DNA from: Eledone cirrhosa
Lineage: Eukaryota
Assembly (NCBI GenBank): GCA_964016885.1
Contig: OZ024748.1
Location: 16,554,001-16,618,000, forward strand
Length of the DNA: 64,000 bases
Reading direction: 5' to 3'
Every line of letters begins with the position of its first letter. The first letter of the stretch is position 1. The position numbers and the translations under genes were made by a program. Shown here one piece after another: positions 1 to 14,382 of this stretch. The notes under the pieces were generated by a model. That model did no database searches and had not been told where the DNA came from. It saw nothing but the letters and a program-made list of their open reading frames with translations.

Positions 1-84
1 ATGTGTGTATTTATGTGTGGGCAATATGGTTGCCTTGGAGTGTGTGAAGTGTGTGTGTGGAGGGGGGGGGGTCTGCTCTCATCA

Positions 85-1050
85 ATGAGTAATGTAACTG
101 TGTGAGTGTGGGTGTGTGAGTGTGGATGTGTGTGAGTGTGGGTGTGTGTGAGTGGGTGTGAGTGTGGGTGTGTGTGAGTGTGTGTGAGTGTGAGTGTGAG
201 TGAGTGTGTGAGTGTGTGTGAGTGTGAGTGCGTGAGTGAGTGTGTGTGAGTGTGTGTGAGTGTGTGTGAGTGTGAGTGTGAGTGAGTGTGTGAGTGTGTG
301 TGAGTGTGTGAGCGTGTGAGTGCGTGAGTGAGTGTGTGTGAGTGTGAGTGAGTGTGTGTGAGTGTGTGTGAGTGTGTGTGAGTGTGTTTTTCGAGTAGGT
401 ATCAGTGTGTGTATGTATATGTGAGAGGGGGTTAATATGTATGTATGTGATTGTGTGTGGGCTTTCCTAAGTGTGTGTTTGTAGGTGGATGTGTGTGGGT
501 TTTCATTGTGTATATATATACCAGTATGTACCTGTGTGTAAGTGTGTGTATGTGTATGTATGTGCGTGTGTATGTATGTGTGTGTGTATGTGTGAGTGTA
601 TGTGTGTGTGTATGTGTGAGTGTATGTGTGTGTGTGTGTATGTGTGTATATGTGTGTGTGTGTGTTTATATGTGTATATGTGTGTGTGTGTTTATATGTA
701 TGTATATGTGTGTGTGTGTGTTTATATGTATGTGTGTGTGTGTGTATGAGTGTGTATGTGTGTGTGTATGTGTGTGTGTGTATATGTGTGGGTATGTGTG
801 TGGGTATGTGTGTGGGTATGTGTGTGGGTATGTGTGTGTGTGTGTTTATATGTATGTATATGTGTGTGTGTGTGTTTATATGTATGTGTGTGTGTGTGTA
901 TGAGTGTGTATGTGTGTGTGTATGTGTGTGTGTGTATATGTGTGTGTGTATGTGTGTGGGTATGTGTGTGGGTATGTGTGTGTGTGTGTTTATATGTATG
1001 TATATGTGTGTGTGTGTGTTTATATGTATGTATATGTGTGTGTGTGTATA
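85..1050. repeat. Compound (GT/GA)n and (TG/TA)n microsatellites
   Basis: Continuous dinucleotide-type runs; the ORFs 82-1161, 451-903 etc. are low-complexity translations. Confidence 0.95.
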
Positions 1051-1179
1051 AGAGAAACTCAAGTATGTCTCAGAACTGTATAGTTGGCAATTGAGTGGAA
1101 GATATGATAAATATAATGACATCTTAGAGAATACAGGATAGAATTTCACAGTGGTTTTCATTGCTACTTCTATATTGAT

Positions 1180-3680
1180 TGGTGGTGTTGGTGGTGGTGG
1201 TGGTGGTGGTGGTGATAGTGGTGGTGTTGGTGGTAGTGGTGGTGGTGATAGTGGTGGTGGTGGTGGTGGTGGTGGTGGTGGTGGTGGTGGTGGTGGTGTT
1301 GGTGGTGGTGATAGTGGTGGTGTTGGTGGTGGTGATAGTGGTGGTGATAGTGGTGGTGATAGTGGTGGTGATAGTGGTGGTGGTGATAGTGGTGGTGGTG
1401 ATAGTGGTGGTGGTGGTGGTGGTGGTGGTGGTGGTGTTGGTGGTGGTGATAGTGGTGGTGTTGGTGGTGGTGTTGGTGGTGGTGATAGTGGTGGTGATAG
1501 TGGTGGTGATAGTGGTGGTGGTGATAGTGGTGGTGGTGATAGTGGTGGTGGTGATAGTGGTGGTGGTGATAGTGGTGGTGGTGATAGTGGTGGTGGTGAT
1601 AGTGGTGGTGGTGATAGTGGTGGTGGTGATAGTGGTGGTGGTGATAGTGGTGGTGGTGGTGGTGGTGGTGGTGGTGGTGGTGTTGTTGGTGGTGGTGGTG
1701 GTGGTGGTGGTGGTGATAGTGGTGGTGGTGGTGGTGGTGGTGGTGGTAGTGGTGGTGGTGTTGGTGTTGGTGGTGGTGGTGATAGTGGTGGTGGTGATAG
1801 TGGTGGTGGTGGTGGTGGTGGTGGTGATAGTGGTGGTGGTGATAGTGGTGGTGGTGATAGTGGTGGTGGTGGTGTTGGTGGTGGTGATAGTGGTGGTGTT
1901 GGTGGTGGTGATAGTGGTGGTGATAGTGGTGGTGATAGTGGTGGTGATAGTGGTGGTGGTGATAGTGGTGGTGGTGATAGTGGTGGTGGTGGTTGTGGTG
2001 GTGGTGGTGTTGGTGGTGGTCGTGGTGGTGGTGGTGGTGGTGGTGGTGATAGTGGTGGTGGTGATAGTGGTGGTGGTGATAGTGGTGGTGGTGGTGGTGG
2101 TGGTGGTGGTGGTAGTGGTGGTGATAGTGGTGGTGATAGTGGTGGTGATAGTGGTGGTGATAGTGGTGGTGGTGATAGTGGTGGTGGTGATAGTGGTGGT
2201 GGTGATAGTGGTGGTGGTGATAGTGGTGGTGGTGATAGTGGTGGTGGTGATAGTGGTGGTGGTGGTAGTGGTGGTGGTGGTGTTGTTGGTGGTGGTGGTG
2301 GTGGTGGTGGTGATAGTGGTGGTGGTGGTGGTGGTGGTGGTGGTGGTGGTGGTGGTGGTGGTAGTGGTGGTGGTGTTGGTGGTGGTGGTGATAGTGGTGG
2401 TGGTGATAGTGGTGGTGGTGATAGTGGTGGTGGTGGTGGTGGTGATAGTGGTGGTGGTGATAGTGGTGGTGGTGATAGTGGTGGTGGTGGTAGTGGTGGT
2501 GGTGGTAGTGGTGGTGGTGGTAGTGGTGGTGTTGTTGGTGGTGGTGGTGGTGGTGATAGTGGTGGTGGTGATAGTGGTGGTGGTGGTGGTGGTGGTGGTG
2601 GTGGTAGTGGTGGTGGTGGTGGTGTTGGTGATAGTGGTGGTGATAGTGGTGGTGATAGTGGTGGTGATAGTGGTGGTGGTGATGGCGGCAGTTGGTGGTG
2701 ATGGCGGCGGCGGTGGCAGGTGGTGGTGGTGGTGGTGGTGGTGGTAGTGGTGGTGGTGGTAGTGGTGGTGGTGATAGTGGTGGTGTTGTTGGTGGTGGTG
2801 GTGGTGGTGATAGTGGTGGTGGTGATAGTGGTGGTGGTGATAGTGGTGGTGGTGGTAGTGGTGGTGGTGGTAGTGGTGGTGGTGATAGTGGTGGTGTTGT
2901 TGGTGGTGGTGGTGGTGGTGATAGTGGTGGTGGTGATAGTGGTGGTGGTGGTGGTGGTGGTGGTGGTGGTAGTGGTGGTGGTGGTGGTGTTGGTGATAGT
3001 GGTGGTGATAGTGGTGGTGATAGTGGTGGTGATAGTGGTGGTGGTGATGGCGGCAGTTGGTGGTGATGGCGGCGGCGGTGGCAGGTGGTGGTGGTGGTGG
3101 TGGTGGTAGTGGTAGTGGTGGTGGTAGTGGTGGTGGTGGTGGTGATAGTGGTGGTGGTGGTGGTGGTGGCAGGTGGTGATAGTGGTGGTGATAGTGGTGG
3201 TGGTGGTGATGTCAGTGGTGGTGGTGGCATTGATTCGAGTAGTCTTGGGGGGTGGTAGTAGTGGGGGCTAGTAGTAGTGGTGGTGGGGTGGTAGTGGTGG
3301 CAGAGGTGGTAGTGGGGTGGGGTGGTAGCAGTGGTGGTGGTTGTTGTGGTTGTGGTTGTGGTAGTGCTGGTGGTGGTGGTGGTGGTAGTGGTGGTGGAGG
3401 TGGTGGTGGTGGAGGTGGTGGTGGTGGTGGAGGTGGTGGTGGTGGTGGTGGTGGTGGTGGATATAGTGGTGTTGGTGGATGTGATGGTGGAGGTGGTGAT
3501 GGTAGCAGTGATGGTAGTGGTAGTTATGGTGGTGGATATGGTGGTGTGGTAGTGGTAGTGCAGGTAACAGTGATGGTGGTGGAAGTCGTGGAAGTGGTGG
3601 TAGTGTCGATGGTGGTGTTGATGGTGACAGCAACAATGTTGATGTCGTTTGTGGCTGTTGTGGTGGTGGTGGTGGTGGTG
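1180..3680. repeat. (GGT)n trinucleotide array with GATAGT interruptions, degenerate at the 3' end
   Basis: GGT repeats throughout; the marker gatggcggcagttggtggtgatggcggcggcgg occurs at 2681 and 3046 (365-bp higher-order duplication). Confidence 0.95.
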
Positions 3681-3954
3681 CACGTCTTAATCCTTGAGAG
3701 AGAAAGCTTCTGAATTAAAAATAGCAACACACTCGTGTAAATAGCAGACTGCAGACCAGAGTAACAAACATGTTAACCCTTCTGAGTATTATTACCAATA
3801 TTACCAATTTGACATTATTTCTTACATGAAACACAACCTGAAATACTTCACATGTATCTGCACTGGTGCACAAATGGTTGAAAGTTTTACAAGAAATCAA
3901 TAAAATCAGGGCCAACGCTAACATTAACTTTCAACATTCTGTACCAATTCACAT

Positions 3955-4560
3955 GAAAATATCTGAAATCTCAAAACCAGCTTGTTAATCCAAATATTTA
4001 TAGTATCTTTAATACAGGACAGATCATTGTTATAACTTGTAATAGTTTCTCTTAACATCTAATGATTTAGCAGAAAATATCAGAAAACCATCTTGTTAAT
4101 TCAAATATTTATAGTATCTTTACTGGTAGACAGATCGTTATGAAAACTTACAGTACAATCTTTGTAATGATTTAGCAGAAAATATCTAAAAACTGGTTTG
4201 TTAATTCAAATGTTTAGAGTATCTATACAAATGGAGAGATTATTGTAAAAATTTGCAGAATTAGAGTAAAGACTTCAATCTTTAATGTGATGTAATCGTA
4301 ATTATTTTTTTGTACTTTTCAAGAACGTCTTGCTAAGATGGTTTTCCTCTGGTTTGTTAATTCAAATGTTTAGAGTATCTTTACTAGTTGACAAATGCCT
4401 CTGAAATTTGCAGTAATCTAAAGTAAAAATGTTAATTTTCAATGTGGAGTCAGTGTTATTTTGTACTTTTCAAGACTGCCTTGTTAATTGTGGGTTTTTA
4501 ATTGGAATATTTATAGAATTTACCAGAAGGCAGATCATTGTCAACATTTGTAGTATAAGA
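3955..4560. repeat. Degenerate AT-rich tandem repeat (~110-160-bp units)
   Basis: Recurring motif ttgttaattcaaat(a/g)ttta(t/g)agtatct near 3982, 4093, 4198, 4354 and ~4497. Confidence 0.6.
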
Positions 4561-4724
4561 ATAAAGATTATAATTTTAATGAGTTCTCAAGAGTGTTTTA
4601 ATAATGTGGCTTCATGTGGTACAGGATGTTAAAGATCAGAGTTAAATACAAATTTATATAATGACTTTAAATATATAATTTCCTATGATCAAAAAACAAA
4701 TTATTAAACATCTTTGCTGCTTAG

Positions 4725-4850
4725 AAACATTGTGATGGACTGGTGTACTATTCAGGAGGGAGTCTTGTAAGCTCAGTCACTTAATACCATGGAAATCAAG
4801 ATAAGCACTGGCTTGATGAGCTTCCGGGCTCAAGTCAGACTTTACACTTA
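4725..4850 (+). mobile_element. 3' fragment of SINE family M (same family as 57290-57555 and 62900-63180)
   Basis: gatggactggtgtactattcagg...ggaaatcaagataagcactggcttgatgagc...cagactttac aligns by eye to the two fuller copies. Confidence 0.55.
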
Positions 4851-5106
4851 GAGACTTGACCACTCAGCTGAATGAACTGAAGTAGACCAGTAATTCAAAA
4901 GGTAAGCCTTATCACACAATGTGTTATCAAGAATCTGGGGCCCAAGTTGTGAACCACCTCTTAATCAGGTGAACAACAACCTAAGACATCAACAGTGTCT
5001 CATACACAAGAACAAGATATATATGACTATGGCCAAAGTTGATGACCTCTTCACAATTGGCCCTGGTAAGTGATACTGATATACAACAATTTAAGATAGA
5101 AACAGT

Positions 5107-5450
5107 GGAGGCACATGGCTTAGTGGTTTGAGCATTGGCCTTGCAATCGAAAGGATGTGAGTTCAATTCTCAGACCGGGTGATGTGTTGTTTCCTTGAGC
5201 AAGACACTTTATTTCACATTGCTCCAGTTTACTCAGCTGTAGAAATGAGATGATAGGGACTGGGTTCCTATCATTCCACTGCAAAGTGGTCGTGGAGGTG
5301 CCACGGCAAAAAAGCACCCAGCACTCACTGTAAATGAGGTTGGTGTTAGGAAGGGCATCCAGCTGTAGAAATCAAGCCAGAATCAGTTCCCGTCCCACCC
5401 TTGCAAGCAGGGAAATGTGGACGTAAAATGGAATGAAATGAAATGAAATG
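5107..5450 (+). mobile_element. tRNA-derived SINE family A, full length with TSD
   Basis: Pol III A box TGGCTTAGTGG, B box GAGTTCAATTC, LINE-like 3' part and (GAAAT)n tail; gaaacagt(g) duplicated at 5099-5106 and 5450-5457; four more near-identical copies in the window. Confidence 0.9.
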
Positions 5451-5908
5451 AAACAGTGTCTCATACACAAGAAGAAGAATCCTAAATCTCACAAAGAACT
5501 ACATTAAAGGGTACATGTATTTGTGAAATTCTCAGCTTAATTTCACGAGCTGGCCGTTCCATTGATCAAATTCAATGGAAATGGAACAATCGCTACTGCA
5601 ATCAATGGAGGACCAACACTAATGCTAAAGAGGAAAAAATGTTATTGTAGAAAAAGATAGCAAGATATTTCACCAAGGCTACGCAAATGTGTAAATAAAT
5701 ACACTGACAAATATAAACATGTGTCTTTTTTTTAAGCATTTCTCCATAGATAGGAAAAGAAATGAACAATCTAGATTTAATATCCAAATATATTCAGTCT
5801 TGGCACTGAATCAGGCTAGAAATGCAACAAGCTTGAATTATGGACATTCGTTTAGTTAGAGGTGGGGGAAAATATAACATATGTAAATATATATATACAT
5901 ACATACAT

Positions 5909-5955
<47 letters not shown>

Positions 5956-6066
5956 GACATATCTGCATATGTGCATATATATATATATATATACAAATAT
6001 CTGTGTATGTGTGTGTGTATATATATACACACACACAATTTATATATACACAGATATGTGTGTATA

Positions 6067-6407
6067 TCATTTCATTTCATTTCATTTTACGTCCACTTTT
6101 CCCTGCTTGCAAGGGTGGGACGGGAACTGATTCTGGCTTGATTTCTACAGCTGGATGCCCTTCCTAACACCAACCTCATTTACAGTGAGTGCTAGGTGCT
6201 TTTTTGCCGTGGCACCTCCACGACCACTTTGCAGTGGAATGATAGGGACCCCGGTCCCTACCATCTCATTTCTACAGCTGAGTAAACTGGAGCAATGTGA
6301 AATAAAGTGCCTTGCTCAAGGAAACAACACATCACCCGGTCTGAGAATTGAACTCACAACCTTTCGATTGCAAGGCCAATGCTCTAACCACTAAGCCATG
6401 TGCCTCC
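6067..6407 (-). mobile_element. SINE family A, full length
   Basis: Reverse complement of 5107-5450. Confidence 0.9.
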
Positions 6408-6558
6408 ATGTATATATATAATATATATATAATATATATACACAGATATGTGTGTATATATATATATATACACATGCAGATATATATATATACATACACA
6501 TATGCAGATATATATATATACATATCTGCATATGTGTATATACACATATCTATGTATA

Positions 6559-6612
<54 letters not shown>

Positions 6613-6670
6613 GCAGATATGTGTGTGTATATATATACACATATCCATATATATACATATGCATATCTAT

Positions 6671-6728
<58 letters not shown>

Positions 6729-6802
6729 TGGATAAATAGGTGGTATACAAATCCATCATTACATGTTTCTGTTTCTTCTGCCACAATAATTGCATTGCAA
6801 TC

Positions 6803-6844
<42 letters not shown>

Positions 6845-7124
6845 TGTGTGTGAGTGTATAACGTCCGCAATGTTAAGACTCTCCCTACTGTATCCACCAT
6901 TAAATGAATATACATTATTGCATTGTATCTCTCCCCAGTTTTTTTCTCTTCCTGACTTTTCTTTTACACACACACACACACACACGTAGAGAGAGAGGGG
7001 GAGGGAGAGAGAGGGAGAGAGAGAGAAAAATAGATACATACACCCAAACATACACACATACATTCATACATACATACATACATACACATATATATATATA
7101 TATATAAATTATATTTATATATAT

Positions 7125-7156
<32 letters not shown>

Positions 7157-7296
7157 TTGTATATATATATTAATTATATTTATATATATACTTGTATATA
7201 TATTAATTATATTTATATATATATGCATATAGTTGTATATATATATATATATTAATTATATATATATATATATATGCACACATCTTTATACACATC

Positions 7297-7329
<33 letters not shown>

Positions 7330-7357
7330 CTATACACACACACACACACACATCTAT

Positions 7358-7414
<57 letters not shown>

Positions 7415-7434
7415 TGATTAATCAGGATTTCTGC

Positions 7435-7483
<49 letters not shown>

Positions 7484-7574
7484 TTGTATATATATATATA
7501 TTAATTATATTTATATATATACATATATATGCACACATCTATACACACATACACAGACATATATATAAATAGAA

Positions 7575-7606
<32 letters not shown>

Positions 7607-8784
7607 CACTGATTAATCAGGATTTCTGCTACGTAAGGCACTCTTGATTATAGAGAGAGTTTGAAAAAAAAATATTTACCACTGACTCTAATAATAAGAA
7701 AACAATTTAAAAAGTCACACAACAGTTCATTATTTCAAACTTCAATCAGATTGGCAAAACATAAAAATGATAAATATATATACACAAACACACACACACA
7801 TATATATATATATATATGGTATATAAAAAAATATATATAAAATAATGATTGCCTATTTCAGACTACTTTGTTCTTTAATTACCCCAGGATGATTTGTTTC
7901 TCATATTTAAAAATATCTTTTTACATACACTCTCATATATATATATATATACACATATGTATATACATATGTGTGTATACACACACACACACACACACAT
8001 ATATATACACACAAATTCACACACACATACGTAAATGTACACACAAATTTACACACAGATATTTACATATACACACATATACACACCCATATATATATAT
8101 ATATATATACATACACACACATATATATATATATACACACAAATTCACTCACACATATCTAAATATACACACAAATTCACACACACATATCTAAATATAC
8201 ACACAAATTCCCACACACACACATACGTACACACACACACACCTAAATATATACACAAATTCACACACACATATATATATATATTTATACACACACACAT
8301 ATATACACACACACATACCTAAATATATACACAAATTCACACATATATATATATATTTATACACACATACACACACACACACATACATACACAGGCAAAC
8401 ACAGATTTATATTTTTCTTTCTCACTATCTAGTTTTTCTCTTTTCTTTATTATCATCATCATTATTATCATTACTACTATTATTATTATTATTTTTATTA
8501 TCATCATTTTTATTATCAATATCATTATTATATGTTTTTGTTGTTTTTCCAACTTTGTAAACCAACTTCTTAATATATCAATGATTACCATCAACGTTCT
8601 TTTTATATAGTTTGATATTGTTTTAGATTCCTCTGCTCCTCTTATAAATGAGGAACATGTGATCTCAGTACAAATCTAGCATCAAAGAATACACCATTTC
8701 AATTTGCTTGTCATATCAGTTTCGTTCAGCTTTCTGATTTTATTTATATATCTATACTCTTTCATATTATATAATACTTTAAGT

Positions 8785-8861
<77 letters not shown>

Positions 8862-8983
8862 CGTGTGTGTGTGTGTCTGTGTGTATTTATATCATCATTA
8901 AAAAAAATATATATATATATATCATCACCATCAATATATGTATTTATATACATATATATATTATACACATCTCTTACTACTGA

Positions 8984-9019
<36 letters not shown>

Positions 9020-9736
9020 CTTACTTTTATATTATATAATACTTTAATTTACCATACATAGATATATATCTATATATACATGTCTCTCATATATATATGC
9101 AAATATGGTATCAATGTTATATCATATCTAATATATATCAATATTGTATCATATCTATAGTGTTTCATCACACACAAATATATTATATATATATATATAT
9201 ATATATTATATTATTTTATCACATTATATACACGCATACACTCACATACATACACACATACATACATACACACATACATACATACATACACACACATACA
9301 CATACATACATACATACACACATACACACACATGCATCACACAGACACAGCATCTTTTGTCTTATGTACAAATTTTAATGAGAATTACCTCCAACCAAAA
9401 CAAAACAAACAACAACAAAAAAACTACAGGAAAACCCAAAGCAACAATGTAATTTGAAAAGCTGAGAAGAGCTTTTGAAAATGTATTCTTGTTGAGTCTA
9501 ATAACATCAGCTGATTGTAGAATATGTTAAATTGAGCATGATAAGAGGGACATGAGATCAATGGAAATTGGTTTTGTTTTATATAAGTTTAAGAATTTAC
9601 ATGAAAAGCACATTTTATGAAACCTAAGCATTTTGTTTTGTTCTGTTCTGTTCTGTTTCCTATGTGAAAAGTTGTTTTAATGATTGTATAAAAACCCCCC
9701 AAATTAGTAGATAACGTTCTAAACAGGCCGCTTACA

Positions 9737-10685
9737 CTATAATATATACATTGAACTATATTTGTAATTCAAAGACCTAGACTTGTTACATATTCCGTGT
9801 CACACTGAATCTCCCTGAGAATTATGTGAAGGGTACAGGTGTCTGTGAATGCTCAGCCACTATACTATAATATAAGATGAACTATATTTGTAATTCAAAG
9901 ATCTAGACTTGTTACATATTCCGTGTCACACTGAATCTCCCTGAGAATTACGTTAAGGGTACAGGTGTCTGTGAATGCTCAGCCACTATACTATAATATA
10001 AGATGAACTATATTTGTGATTCACAGACCTAGACTTGTTACATATTCCGTCTCACACTGAATCTCCCTGAGAATTACGTGAAGGGTACAGGTGTCTGTGA
10101 ATGCTCAGCCACTATACTATAATATAAGATGAACTATATTTGTGATTCACAGACCTAGACTTGTTACATATTCCGTGTCACACTGAATCTCCCTGAGAAT
10201 TACGTGAAGGGTACAGGTGTCTGTGAATGCTCAGCCACTATACTATAATATAAGATGAACTATATTTGTGATTCACAGACCTAGACTTGTTACATACTGT
10301 GTTACACTGAATCTACCAGAGAATTACGTTAAAGGTATATGTGTCTGTGGAATGCTCAGCCACTATCCAATAATATTGCTTCTACTTTCGGCACAAGGCC
10401 AGCAATTACTCCAGTGTATTACTGGTACTTTATTTTATCGACTACTGTAAGGATGCAATACAAAGTTAACCTGGGTGGGATTTGAACTCAGATAGTAAAG
10501 GGCCATAACTCTACGCTGTCAAGCATGGCATCCGACCCTCTACTGATACTGCCAATCCACCAATATAATATGAACTATATTTGTAATTCAAAGACCCCAG
10601 ACTTGTTACATACTCTGTGTCACACTGCATCTCCCTGAGAATTACATTAAGGGTACACATATCTGTGGAATAATTAACCACCTAT
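9737..10685. repeat. 126-bp tandem array (5 units plus a sixth separated by a SINE B insertion), probably derived from a SINE body
   Basis: gaactatatttg at 9753, 9879, 10005, 10131, 10257 and 10572; a degenerate single copy of part of the unit lies at ~5480-5540. Confidence 0.9.
10370..10561 (-). mobile_element. tRNA-derived SINE family B
   Basis: Reverse complement of 33576-33770 (B box GAGTTCAAATCCC, tail ggccttgtgcc.aaagtagaa). Confidence 0.85.
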
Positions 10686-11331
10686 ATATTCTATATACTA
10701 CTAAAACTCTGTGAGTGTGTGCTTGTCTGTAATTTAATACATCCAACGTGGCTTATAATAGGAAAATTCTTTTAAAGGAATTTGGCCCTGAAACTTTGCC
10801 TTTCATCGATACAAGAGATAGTGAAAGATGATCTCACATAACAATACTTCACAAAGAGATGACAAAGGAAAGAAACAAGTAGAGAGGTGCTGTATTGGAG
10901 AAGAGTCATCTATTCCATGAAAACATGGATAAGTTGATGTAAATACGATGATGAGGATGATGCTTAAACAGAAGAGAACAGGCAGTGTCCATGATCCTTC
11001 CAAAGGCGTCTGACATTACTGGAAAGAAAGAAGTTATCTATAGACTGATTTTTATTGAAGTAAATTTTGCTAAAGACACACAGGAACATTCTCTGTCAAG
11101 CAAATTGTACTCGGAAGGATTTGATTGACCCTCAAGCTATGCTAGAAGACAGTTACGCAAATGTCTCACAAAATAGATGATATTAGGAAAGAAATCCTGC
11201 TTAGAAACCAAACCAAAGTCAGAAAATATGAGCAAGACGTAGTCCCCTGATCATTCTCAACTAGTCCATACAAGCTTGGAAAATAGACATTAAATGGTGA
11301 GGATGAGGCTTATATATACATATATATATAA

Positions 11332-11625
11332 TTCGTTTTTGAATTTGTTTGCGAGATTTCTTATCTAAAATCATGTGTTGAAACAGATATTATTATACTT
11401 TGGGTGGGTTGTGTTGCCAATGAAGATACACGCACATGTTTGTTTTCACTTCAATTCATTATAAGTTTCCGGTTGGCTGGTTGGTTCAATAACCAGAAAG
11501 TTGTTTATATATTGTCAAAGCTCTTTCGTCACACATTCTGTGACCTCCTCAGTGACTAGGTTATATTTTGTGTGTCTCTCTTTTGTTCTATCCTACACCA
11601 TCTCGTGTTTGTGTGTGTGTGTGTG
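11332..11625 (-). mobile_element. Hammerhead-bearing Penelope/retrozyme-like element, family C (single arm)
   Basis: Homologous to 24418-24730; minus strand reads GTCA-CTGAGGA-G-GTCACA(gaatg)TGTGAC-GAAA-GAGC-TT-TGAC at ~11514-11556. Confidence 0.7.
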
Positions 11626-12539
11626 TCGGGTTCAATCGAAAGTAAACACAGTTAGTAAGATACTCAATACATTAGTAGAGTGTAAACATCCAGTTTAATA
11701 TAGAAATAGCTTCTACAGGACTAGCACTGTTTCATTCAAAAGAAATCATCAGCAGACCTTTCCATATCCATCTTATATAGTCTATCTTCTTCTTAGATAT
11801 CTCTGAAGACTGGTCTCATTAGTAACAACAATCACATCTTTACAAATCCAACCTAGAATTTTATCACAACATTGGGAAAAGTTCATCTGCACCAACAGAT
11901 TCACAGTTGTTGTTAGTTTATATATTTCACTGTGTATGCGTGTGTGTGTGAGTATGTGTGTGTGTGTGAGTGTGTGTGAGTATGTTTTGTGTGTATGTAT
12001 GTTGTGTGTATGTATGTTGTGTGTATGTATGCATATGTGTGTTTACGTGAGTGTGTATGTGTTTATGTGTGTGTATGTGTGTTTATGAGAGCATGTGTGT
12101 TTTTGTGTGCACATATGTTTATGTGTGCATGTGTGTTTATGTGCGTGCATGTGTGTTTATGTGCATGTATGTGTGTTTCTGTATATACATATATATATAT
12201 ATATATATATGTTTTTATGCATATCTATGTGTGCATATGTGTTTTATGTGTGCATTTAGGTGTTTGTGTGTGTTTACATGTGTGTGAGTCTGTATGTGTG
12301 TGTTTACATGTGGGCATGTGTGCATGTGGGCATGTGTGCATGTGTGTGTGTGCTTGTGTGTGTCTTGAGTGGTCTCTAGTACAGGAGAAAGAGAAATTTA
12401 CTAAATAATGAAATTGCTTGAGTGTCCTAAGAAATACAAGTTAATAAGAAATCACTGAATGTAGTCTGTCTCTTGGTAGCTCTCAATTGAATGACAGAAA
12501 TGTTAAAAGCCAAATATTATCTTGAAGATGTATAGAAGT

Positions 12540-12636
<97 letters not shown>

Positions 12637-12683
12637 AGAAAGAGAAAGAAACAAAGATGGGGGAGAAAGGGAGAGAGGGAAAG

Positions 12684-12883
12684 NNNNNNNNNNNNNNNNN
12701 NNNNNNNNNNNNNNNNNNNNNNNNNNNNNNNNNNNNNNNNNNNNNNNNNNNNNNNNNNNNNNNNNNNNNNNNNNNNNNNNNNNNNNNNNNNNNNNNNNNN
12801 NNNNNNNNNNNNNNNNNNNNNNNNNNNNNNNNNNNNNNNNNNNNNNNNNNNNNNNNNNNNNNNNNNNNNNNNNNNNNNNNNNN
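12684..12883. other. Assembly gap (200 N) next to a (GA)n tract
   Basis: Run of n. Confidence 0.99.
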
Positions 12884-13064
12884 GGTGTGAACCATCTTAT
12901 CAAATATTGAATATTACAATTAAAAAGAATTAAAAAGAATTAAAAAGAATAAAAAAGTATTTTAAAAATTCAAAATGTTGAATTAAGTGTTTAAAAGGTC
13001 TGTTCATCTTTATATATGGCTCCACTTGAAGACTGGCTGGTTTGTGACATTAAACTATGGTGAT

Positions 13065-13325
13065 TCATCATCATCATCAACGTTTAACGTCGAGTGTTCA
13101 ACGCTTGCATGGGTTTGGACGGGGGTTTTCCCCACTTGAGGCAAGAGTGATTGTCTTGCTCGCATAGGACTGTCTGTCGGGTTTTCTACAGCTGGATGCC
13201 CTTCCTAACACCAACCACATTTACAGTGTGGGTCTGGGAGGTTTTACCGTGTTGCCTACATGGCCACATTACAGCGTGGACTGTGTGTTTTTTTTGTCGT
13301 GACACCTACACGATCTCATTTGGTG
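13065..13325 (-). mobile_element. RTE-type LINE 3' UTR fragment
   Basis: Matches the 3' UTR at 32670-33035, with (CAT)n tail. Confidence 0.8.
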
Positions 13326-13589
13326 ATTATATATATATACTATATCTAGTAAAAATTACAAAACGACATTGCACTCTTTACAGTGTATGTGTGTGTGTGG
13401 GGGGGGGGGGGGGTTCTATATATATATATATATATACACACAGGTAAAATTCCGTTATAACAAATAGCAGTATAGCAAAATTTTTTCAATCCCTGAGGTA
13501 ATAACAAGCAAACACGATTTGTTTCGGTTGATCTCGTCATAAAGAATTTTTTGTTACAACGAATTGTTTTTATAACCCCATGAATTTCG

Positions 13590-13795
13590 AACAAAGGATG
13601 GAGAAGACCCTTGAGCCCAGCAAGACAACCTTCTCTAGTGCAGGTGACACAAATAACACACCCAGTCCACATTGTAAAGTGGCTGGTGATAGGAAGGGCA
13701 TCCAGCCAGAAAAAAATCCTGCCAAAAATCTGAACACCATCATCATCAGTCCAACCCATGCAAGCATGGAAAAGTGGATGTAAAAATGATGATGA
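13590..13795 (+). mobile_element. Diverged RTE LINE/SINE 3' end fragment
   Basis: cccagtccacattgtaaagtggctggtgataggaagggcatccagc...aacccatgcaagcatggaaaagtggatgtaaaaatgatgatg. Confidence 0.7.
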
Positions 13796-14127
13796 TATAT
13801 ATATATATATATATATATACCCATGCTGGCATGGAAGATAGACGTTAAACCATGATGATGATGATATATATATATATATATATATATACAAATAAAGATT
13901 AAGCGAGAATTGCATTTTCGGCGGGCAGGAATAGCGAAGCGAAACACAAAAATCAGAAATGATACTGGCAACGTACTCAATAGTTAAAAACCAGAGCTAA
14001 ACAATGTGTTAAGAAGCCATACAAAACTGAAAAGGAGGTCAAGAAGGCATTAACCACCCAAGCCAAAAAACAAATCAAGCGAAACAAGTCAAAACAAAAT
14101 AAATGATAAAAAATAAATGATAAATAC

Positions 14128-14182
<55 letters not shown>

Positions 14183-14185
<3 letters not shown>

Positions 14186-14329
14186 CCAAGGAAATGTGGT
14201 AAGGAACCAAAGTACTCAATACTTAGGGTAATAGTAACAAGTATGTAACAAGTGGGTAATAGGAACAAGTATGACCCTGACGGTAGCCGTCGAAACGGCT
14301 TGAGCTCTGCCGTCGGGGTCATACTTGTT

Positions 14330-14334
<5 letters not shown>
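14183..14334. mobile_element. Fold-back element, family D, in (TA)n
   Basis: ataggaacaagtatgaccc / gggtcatacttgttcctat inverted arms; homologous to the copies at 19853, 40305 and 49735. Confidence 0.8.

Positions 14335-14382
<48 letters not shown>

Noticed and set aside
1151-3713. Gly-rich (GGDS)n ORF, and His-rich or Val-rich ORFs in other frames, as a structural protein gene
   Set aside because: Several frames are open simply because of (GGT)n; almost no synonymous codon variation, GTG start, frameshifts near 2690 and 3055, no supportable splice structure
5107-5180. tRNA gene calls at SINE heads
   Set aside because: A and B boxes are present but no complete cloverleaf is evident, and each is followed by SINE body and tail
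11718-11758. Minus-strand CTGATGA...GAAA hammerhead
   Set aside because: No valid UH cleavage site in register with stem I; at best a decayed copy
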